A stretch of DNA of 64,000 nt from a virus: the IMG/VR virus record IMGVR_UViG_3300023192_003818, positions 28,378 to 92,377 of that record; one strand, 5' to 3'. Below the pieces are notes generated by a model that worked only from the letters and a program-made list of their open reading frames with translations, was not told the DNA's origin and made no database searches. A program made the position numbers and the translations under genes. Position 1 is the stretch's first letter; each line of letters begins with the position of its first letter. Positions 58,087 through 64,000 of this stretch are shown one piece after another.

Positions 58087-58932
58087 TTATTTACCGTGTT
58101 GTGCAAGCATTTGTTTTACGTGTGCTTCTGCTACTTCGTAAGCAACCACTCCAGTTTCATCCTCATAAACCACAGGATCTTTTCTCCCCAAAGCAATAAA
58201 TGCCTCGATGCGTTCAACCGAAGAAGCTGATTTGTAATCACTATTACCTGAAGGGTAAGGTTTATATGAGGTATTTGTTCTTTTATAAATCTCATCGAAA
58301 TTAAGACCCAATTCTTCACATAATACTTCTCCATCTTGTAAAATTGTAAATTTATTACCCTCAATATAAGGGGTAAAATAACCAACTCGTTCAGCATTCC
58401 AATTTCCTGCTCTAAAAGCGGCTTCATCTGCATCTCTAAATTCTTGTCTGCAATCAGGATAAACTTCGAAATCCCCAGCGTGCACTCCTAAAGCAATATT
58501 ACAAGTTTCTTCTGTTCTATTTGCTATTGATAATGCTACTGCCTGTGCAATTGAACTGAAGATTTTATTTCTATTAGGTACAACAGTCTCTCGCATGTTT
58601 TTATCTTCATAATGTCCTTCAGGAACTTCATCTCCACCTTCTATTAAATTTGAATTTAATAAAGAAGATAAACCCTTTAATTGGATGATTTGATGTCTAA
58701 TAGGAAAATATCCTGGTTTCTTACCATCTTCTTGATGTTTGTTTATATATAACAATAAATTTAAATAATCAACTAATTCAGTTGCTCTTTCTAACTCTAC
58801 CTTATGTTTTTGACCATAATCAAAACTTAATGCTGTTACTTTATAGCCTTTTTCTAATAAATGTAATAGTAAAGTACTTGAGTCTAGCCCTCCCGAGAGT
58901 GAAAGTACGCAATATTTGTTATTATTTTTCAT
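58087..58932 (-). CDS. queC: 7-cyano-7-deazaguanine (preQ0) synthase
   Basis: SLSGGLDS, FDYGQKH..E, VPNRN, YPDCR.EF. Confidence 0.92.
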   Translation of the reverse strand: MKNNNKYCVLSLSGGLDSSTLLLHLLEKGYKVTALSFDYGQKHKVELERATELVDYLNLLLYINKHQEDGKKPGYFPIRHQIIQLKGLSSLLNSNLIEGGDEVPEGHYEDKNMRETVVPNRNKIFSSIAQAVALSIANRTEETCNIALGVHAGDFEVYPDCRQEFRDADEAAFRAGNWNAERVGYFTPYIEGNKFTILQDGEVLCEELGLNFDEIYKRTNTSYKPYPSGNSDYKSASSVERIEAFIALGRKDPVVYEDETGVVAYEVAEAHVKQMLAQHGK

Positions 58933-59059
58933 ATTTATTTGCTTTTTTTAATTTATGTCAAAACTTATACATTGAACTTCATACTCTTTTGATAGTAATT
59001 TTAATAGTAAATTACTCGAATCTAACTCCCCTAAATGGGAAAGAATCGCATATTTTTGT

Positions 59060-59290
59060 TTAACCATTTCCTAATATTATTATTTTTTTATTTTTGGTTT
59101 TCTCTATGCTTCTATATAAATTTTCAGTTCTCATTTGTGCTTCAAATCTAGTATTCATCATATCAGTAATAAATTCTTCTACTTTATTCATGTCATCTCT
59201 TGTGATATTATCTTTAAATAGTTTTCCATCATAGAATCCATCTACTATTGCTTTTGCTTCTTGTTTAAATGCTTTAAATTTTTTACTCAT
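59060..59290 (-). CDS. Hypothetical protein
   Basis: 76 aa ORF. Confidence 0.55.
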   Translation of the reverse strand: MSKKFKAFKQEAKAIVDGFYDGKLFKDNITRDDMNKVEEFITDMMNTRFEAQMRTENLYRSIEKTKNKKIIILGNG

Positions 59291-59301
59291 TTCTTTTTTT
59301 T

Positions 59302-59631
59302 TTAATTTATATCAAACCATGTACTCTCTTGTGTTTCAAAATCAATCCACACCCATTCTTTTTTTGCTTTATTTTCATCTCCCCCATTATATTTATTAAT
59401 CCATAACCACCTTTCCCATAACTCATCTGTACCTTTTTCCCCTCTCCATTCAAAACTTAACCATTCAATTGTAAACCATGGAACTCTTTCACATATAGGG
59501 GCACCAAATTTATCTTTCCACATAGGGATAGATAAAGAGTAAGATTTATCAAAATGTGGTAAACAAAAAAACCTATAATTGTCTTTTCTAAAATAATACT
59601 CCCATTTGGGGTTTGATTTAAAACTTTTCAT
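59302..59631 (-). CDS. Trp-rich hypothetical protein
   Basis: 109 aa ORF. Confidence 0.55.
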   Translation of the reverse strand: MKSFKSNPKWEYYFRKDNYRFFCLPHFDKSYSLSIPMWKDKFGAPICERVPWFTIEWLSFEWRGEKGTDELWERWLWINKYNGGDENKAKKEWVWIDFETQESTWFDIN

Positions 59632-59819
59632 TTTTCTTTTAATGCAATATTTTCTTTATGTAAATAATAAATGTTAAACTCCTTTATATCTGCATAAGGC
59701 TGTTTGGAACCTTTAATAGTTGGATGATTTAATAAAATTTCAAATCCTTCCAAATGCCCCATCTCATCTTCTAAAAAATCTATAAAGTCTTTAGTTTTCT
59801 CTAATATTTTCTTATCCAT
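59628..59819 (-). CDS. Hypothetical protein
   Basis: 63 aa ORF. Confidence 0.45.
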   Translation of the reverse strand: MDKKILEKTKDFIDFLEDEMGHLEGFEILLNHPTIKGSKQPYADIKEFNIYYLHKENIALKEK

Positions 59820-60091
59820 TTTTAATTAATTTAAATTTTGCTTCAGGGTAATCACCTTTTTTTGCCATCCATTCAAGAATTATTAAATCATCTTTAGTAA
59901 TAAAACCCCTATTACTTATCAACTTTTGGGCCCATTTTATTACTTCTTTTTCGTGGCTTGTCCCACATAAACTTTCGTGTGCCATAATTTATATTTATTT
60001 TTTTAAATTGTTTTCCTTTTTTTATATTATCCCCCATTTTTAAGGGTTATAGATTGGATAAAGCATTTATTATGTGGGTATGATTTTTTTT

Positions 60092-60883
60092 TCAAGATAA
60101 TAATTTTTTAAAAAACTTAACATTATAATATAATAATTCTTTACCCTTTAATTCTTTATCTATAAAATCTTCAATTTTATTTGTAGGTTTTATGTATATA
60201 TTATTTAAATTTAATTTAATTCCTTTATATGAATTAATAATAGGTAAACTAGTATCTAATGAATTTATAAAACCAAAAAATTTGTTATTATAAAATTTAA
60301 ATTCATCTAAACTAGATGCCCCTAATAAATGTATATAATCTCCCTCTTGAATAATTCCTTCCTTTTTTAATTTTGAAATCAAATTAACTCTTCCTATAGC
60401 CCTATTTATTAAAATATCAGGATGATGAAATTCGGTTTGATATACAATGGAAGAATGGTTAAAAGAAAAATGTTTATAACCTAAATCTTTACATAAAATA
60501 TATAAATTTTTAATTTCATTATAAGTTTTACCTTGTAAAACTACCATTAATTTAACATCCTTAGGTAAAGAAGATTTAATAACTTTAATCCAATATTTAG
60601 CATTTTTATATCCTTCTATTGGGTCATCCCATTTATCAGGAACTATAAAAATGTCAGGTTTTATTAAATTTATTTTTTCTATTAATTCTTTTTGTGTATA
60701 TTTTTCCTCCTCAAATAAACCATTATCCAAAATAATAAAAGAATTTTCTTTTTTTCTATAATTTAGAAAAAATTCCTCATATTTTGGGTAATTATCCATT
60801 AAAGTAGGTAAACAAAATTGATAATCATTAAATTCTCTACTTTTTTCTAATAAACATAAAGGCACTTCATGGCTTAATTCCAT
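60092..60883 (-). CDS. dpdA: TGT/DpdA-like TIM-barrel, putative 7-deazaguanine transglycosylase
   Basis: IILDNG, VPD, VVLQG, IHLLG, SLDTS follow the TGT-fold motif order; no CxCxxC Zn site; upstream of queC. Confidence 0.6.
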   Translation of the reverse strand: MELSHEVPLCLLEKSREFNDYQFCLPTLMDNYPKYEEFFLNYRKKENSFIILDNGLFEEEKYTQKELIEKINLIKPDIFIVPDKWDDPIEGYKNAKYWIKVIKSSLPKDVKLMVVLQGKTYNEIKNLYILCKDLGYKHFSFNHSSIVYQTEFHHPDILINRAIGRVNLISKLKKEGIIQEGDYIHLLGASSLDEFKFYNNKFFGFINSLDTSLPIINSYKGIKLNLNNIYIKPTNKIEDFIDKELKGKELLYYNVKFFKKLLS

Positions 60884-60885
60884 TA

Positions 60886-61374
60886 TTAAAATTCTTTAAA
60901 ATTTTTTAATGTTTTTGAATAATAATTATTACACATAATATAATAAAATTTTTCTATATTTCCACTAAATTCTAACATTTCTTTTTCTACTTGTTCAATA
61001 TTTATATTAAAATTTTTACTAAACCCTTGAATTAATTTACTTAATTTATCTTTTTCATCTTTTTCAAAATCAATCATTAATTTATTTCTCCTAGTTCTTA
61101 AAATTCCTATCTTTTCATTGATTTTAAAAATATTAGGGTAATATTCTTCATAAATTTTATTTATTTCATGTTCTATTAATTGAGCTTGGTAAATATAATG
61201 GGAATAATCAAAATCTCCATTCTTAATTTTGTCTATTAAAGGTTGTTTTTTACCTAAAGGTTTATTTGGGTCTTTCCACCCTCTCCACCACCAAAATCTA
61301 TTATAACTTAAAGGTTTTAATTTTGAAAGTTTTCTTTTAAGTTGTTTTATTGACAAGGGTGGATTATAAATCAT
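60886..61374 (-). CDS. Hypothetical protein
   Basis: 162 aa ORF. Confidence 0.6.
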   Translation of the reverse strand: MIYNPPLSIKQLKRKLSKLKPLSYNRFWWWRGWKDPNKPLGKKQPLIDKIKNGDFDYSHYIYQAQLIEHEINKIYEEYYPNIFKINEKIGILRTRRNKLMIDFEKDEKDKLSKLIQGFSKNFNINIEQVEKEMLEFSGNIEKFYYIMCNNYYSKTLKNFKEF

Positions 61375-61383
61375 TATAAATTT

Positions 61384-61584
61384 TTATATTTTTATTTCTT
61401 TAATTTCATAACCCATTTTTCTAATAATTTCAGATTTTTTAGGACTACACATCAATACTCCTCTATCACCCTCTATTTTTCCGAATATTTCTCCATAGAA
61501 AGGAAGAGAATGGCGAATTTTATATAATTCTTCTTTTTTTACTTCATACAATTTATAATCTAAATTTTTAAGATCATTTTTCAT
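61384..61584 (-). CDS. Hypothetical protein
   Basis: 66 aa ORF. Confidence 0.5.
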   Translation of the reverse strand: MKNDLKNLDYKLYEVKKEELYKIRHSLPFYGEIFGKIEGDRGVLMCSPKKSEIIRKMGYEIKEIKI

Positions 61585-61835
61585 AAAGTTTCTAAAAATT
61601 TATTAATTAATTCTTCAATTCTTTTACCATTTTTTAGTTCTTCTTGTTTAATCCCAATTTTATTTTGGGTAAACCCCCATATTTTAGTCCATTCAACAAG
61701 ATATCCTTCTCCTTGTTCATCTTTTCCAATATTAACATATCTTTTATCTATTATATCAACAAAAGAACCTAAAGTAGCATCCCAACCAAAATTAATTTTT
61801 ATATTTTTATTTAATATTTCTGTATATCTACTCAT
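61581..61835 (-). CDS. Hypothetical protein
   Basis: 84 aa ORF. Confidence 0.55.
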   Translation of the reverse strand: MSRYTEILNKNIKINFGWDATLGSFVDIIDKRYVNIGKDEQGEGYLVEWTKIWGFTQNKIGIKQEELKNGKRIEELINKFLETL

Positions 61836-61965
61836 AGACTTTTATTTTTTGTTATTGGTACTTTAGGGTATTTATAAAAATTCCAAAGAGTTTATTCTTT
61901 TAATTAATATTTTAAATTTTGTATTTCTTTTTAATCCCCCCCATAACCTTTATTTAATTATTATA

Positions 61966-62014
61966 CCGTGAATATACGAAGGCTTCCTGTGGAAACCTAG
62001 TTTTTTAGCATAAA
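61966..62014 (-). promoter_or_regulatory. Repeated promoter motif (copy 9)
   Basis: Minus strand CTAGGTTTCCACAGGAAGCCTTCGTATATTCACGG. Confidence 0.7.
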
Positions 62015-62017
62015 TTT

Positions 62018-62527
62018 TTAATTTACTTTTCTTAATTCCACCACTTGTTTTTCATCCTCAAAAATAGTAGTAGGTTTTAATTTTAGATTTACTGAATCAT
62101 AAAAAACTTCAATATTAGGTGACCATTTACCATATTTAGCTACTACTGAATTGAATTCTTCTAAATCATGTCTTCTTAAAACCCAACTACCAAAATTAGG
62201 GTCTTTAATATTTTCTTTCCATTCTATATGTTCTAATTCATGAAAAACTAAGGCCTCACGTTTAAAATTATTAATTTCTTCCCAAAAATCAAGATTTATA
62301 AACATAATATAATCTAAATCTGTAATTAATTTTACTTCTTTTGAGACTTTTTGTATTTTACCTGCATATCTTGTTTTTTTATCTGCAAATATATAAGATA
62401 TATTAGCCTGTTTAGTTAATGTGTTTAATAAAGGTTTAGCAATTTTTTCAACTTCAGGTGCTATTAAATAAGGGTTTTCCTTAACTCTAATAATAAAAGG
62501 ATTTTTTAATTCTTCGGAGGGATTCAT
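62018..62527 (-). CDS. Putative phage metallopeptidase
   Basis: ALVFHELEHI (HExxH) ... HDLEEF..V...YG.W. Confidence 0.75.
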   Translation of the reverse strand: MNPSEELKNPFIIRVKENPYLIAPEVEKIAKPLLNTLTKQANISYIFADKKTRYAGKIQKVSKEVKLITDLDYIMFINLDFWEEINNFKREALVFHELEHIEWKENIKDPNFGSWVLRRHDLEEFNSVVAKYGKWSPNIEVFYDSVNLKLKPTTIFEDEKQVVELRKVN

Positions 62528-62554
62528 AACTTTTTAGTTTTAAAGATTAATATT

Positions 62555-62603
62555 GGGATAATATACGAAGGCTCCTTTAGGGAGCCTAGTTTTTTGCATC
62601 AAT
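62555..62603 (-). promoter_or_regulatory. Repeated promoter motif (copy 10) with near-palindromic spacer
   Basis: AGGCTCC-TTTAG-GGAGCCT. Confidence 0.7.
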
Positions 62604-62605
62604 TT

Positions 62606-63697
62606 TTAATATCTTTTGGTAAGTTCGTCTTCTAATTTTTTTAACCTTTGTAGTTCTTTAAGCTTACGAGCTGACCAAGTACCTTGTTTCATTTTATTTT
62701 CTAAATTAATTATTTCTTGGTGGGGGTCTGCATCTTTTATTAAAATTTTATTTGGTGATGGGAGACTTTCATCTAAATCTTCTTCATTTATATTCTTTAA
62801 ATATGTAGATTTTATTTCTATCGGTGATTTTACAGGTAAATAAACCTCATCAATTTTACCCGACTTCTTTTTTATTTTATTTATGTTTAATTCTTTTTTT
62901 TTGAAATTTTGATTAAAAGCAAAATTAGTTGCAACTACTAATGCTATTGCTAAAGGGTCAAATACAAATATAATAACAATTAATAACCAATTTATTATCT
63001 CATTCATGGGTTTATCTAATAATTCAGATAAATATTTTAAAGGCCCCAATTCTCCTGCTATTTCTGTATTATTTTGTTTTTCTAATATCTTTAATTGGTA
63101 TTTTTGAAGACTATCAGAAGCTATACTTCTTTTGGATTGTGCTTTATTTCTGTTTTCTTCTTCAACATTTATTCTATCTCTTGCTAATCTTAATTCAATT
63201 GTTGATATTGTATTTCTTAAACCTGTAGATGATGTAGTATCTTTAACTTGTATTGATGATGCTTTTGCATTAGATAATGTAGAGATGTTGTTAGATATCC
63301 TTTCTAATTCATTTTCATATCTTATAACATCATCAGCATAAAATTTTTCTTTTTGTTCTAAGAATTTTATTTCATTTTCATTAATGGAGAGTTTAATATA
63401 TGTGTCTTGATATCCCTTACTAAGCATTCCATAGATTCCTACTGATGTGATGAGAGATAATACAATTACTGAAATTGTTAAATATAATCTAAAACCTTTA
63501 TTTATTTTATTCCAATATTGATATAATAAACTTGTGGTTACAAGTTTTGAAAGTTCTAAAAAACTAGACATTATTATTATAGCAGTAGCTACTCCAGCAA
63601 ATAATTTACTTAATCCTATTATACTGTAATATGCAGCACAACCTGCTAAACCTAAAGCACAAAAAGCTATTAAATAAGGTAAAAATTTATTTATCAT
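62606..63697 (-). CDS. Membrane protein with coiled coil (DUF4407-like)
   Basis: Three N-terminal TM helices, long coiled coil, ELGPLKY, IIFVFDPLAIALV. Confidence 0.65.
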   Translation of the reverse strand: MINKFLPYLIAFCALGLAGCAAYYSIIGLSKLFAGVATAIIIMSSFLELSKLVTTSLLYQYWNKINKGFRLYLTISVIVLSLITSVGIYGMLSKGYQDTYIKLSINENEIKFLEQKEKFYADDVIRYENELERISNNISTLSNAKASSIQVKDTTSSTGLRNTISTIELRLARDRINVEEENRNKAQSKRSIASDSLQKYQLKILEKQNNTEIAGELGPLKYLSELLDKPMNEIINWLLIVIIFVFDPLAIALVVATNFAFNQNFKKKELNINKIKKKSGKIDEVYLPVKSPIEIKSTYLKNINEEDLDESLPSPNKILIKDADPHQEIINLENKMKQGTWSARKLKELQRLKKLEDELTKRY

Positions 63698-63735
63698 AAT
63701 TAACTAACATTTTCTCACCTACTTTAAAATCTAAA

Positions 63736-63999
63736 TTATTCTTGTATTTCTCGTTTAAATTTTACCCAATCAAAAGCTGATCCTGGGTCTATTTTACCCC
63801 TACCTTTACCTCTTATATCATCTCCTGATACATCAGAATGTCTTACTATATTTTTAGATTTTATGTTATATTTTACCTTCCACCATTTACATACTCTTAT
63901 AAGAGAATCAAATTGTTCTTGACTATAAGTTCCTCCTTTATTAATAACTTTTTTAAAAGAAGAATAAGTATGTATTCCTTCAACTAAAAGCTCAACACC
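63736..63999 (-). CDS. N-acetylmuramoyl-L-alanine amidase (Amidase_2/AmpD-like), C-terminal part
   Basis: Not in the track. Hand-translated GVELLV...Q..SL...IVRHSDVS...KIDPG..FDW; starts beyond the window end. Confidence 0.75.
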   Translation of the reverse strand, partial: GVELLVEGIHTYSSFKKVINKGGTYSQEQFDSLIRVCKWWKVKYNIKSKNIVRHSDVSGDDIRGKGRGKIDPGSAFDWVKFKREIQE

Positions 64000-64000
64000 T

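Noticed and set aside
60092-60883. Classical tRNA-guanine transglycosylase making queuosine
   Set aside because: Too short, no Zn motif, and no QueF/QueA in the window; a DNA-directed role fits the context better.
61910-61944. Frameshifted gene at the G run after the promoter at 61966
   Set aside because: All three frames stop within about 25 codons; no evidence of a longer gene.
12487-62603. CRISPR array made of the repeated ~50-nt motif or the MKNSTTK leader
   Set aside because: Copies are dispersed or separated by whole genes, with no regular 30-40 nt spacers. The PD-(D/E)XK nuclease lies in the replication operon with no cas1/cas2.
3266-63341. Short plus-strand ORFs overlapping long minus-strand genes (e.g. 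3266, 4132, 7392, 8934, 13412, 28959, 34579, 45157, 50377, 58782, 62616, 63132), 15665..15892 on minus and same-strand nested ORFs such as 33011 and 58131
   Set aside because: Antisense or nested shadows with low-complexity Leu/Phe/Ile composition and no motifs.
1-64000. Stop-codon reassignment (code 15 or 4)
   Set aside because: Conserved genes are full length in code 11. The internal stops found are mostly TAA, and the PolB and GT breaks need frameshifts that readthrough would not fix.
1-64000. Integrase, transposase, reverse transcriptase/DGR, rRNA or additional tRNAs
   Set aside because: No recognisable motifs seen; only one cloverleaf found by eye.

Overview
AT-rich 64 kb segment of a large lytic myovirus-type phage. 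Most genes lie on the minus strand; one plus-strand island spans about 13.7-17.2 kb. The host is inferred to be Bacteroidota/Flavobacteriaceae from a repeated Bacteroidota-type promoter motif and a host-like SufT gene. In order, the window holds: a baseplate/virion module, a gp55-like sigma factor, small accessory genes behind repeated promoters, one atypical tRNA(CAT), a NagB plus PIG-L deacetylase pair, a mosaic glycosyltransferase region, GroES/GroEL, and a T4-like replisome (clamp loader, clamp, split PolB). It also holds a 7-deazaguanine pathway (FolE, QueD, QueE, QueC and a DpdA/TGT-like barrel). The leading candidate system is that pathway linked directly to a purine phosphoribosyltransferase, a MazG-like pyrophosphohydrolase and the split PolB, which suggests pre-replicative G substitution (inference). 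Second, two conserved genes (PolB motif C and a GT-B glycosyltransferase) are broken by 4-5 nt X-TA-X micro-insertions that create in-frame stops; these may reflect recoding, element footprints or assembly error. All family assignments come from motif recognition by eye; no database searches were run.
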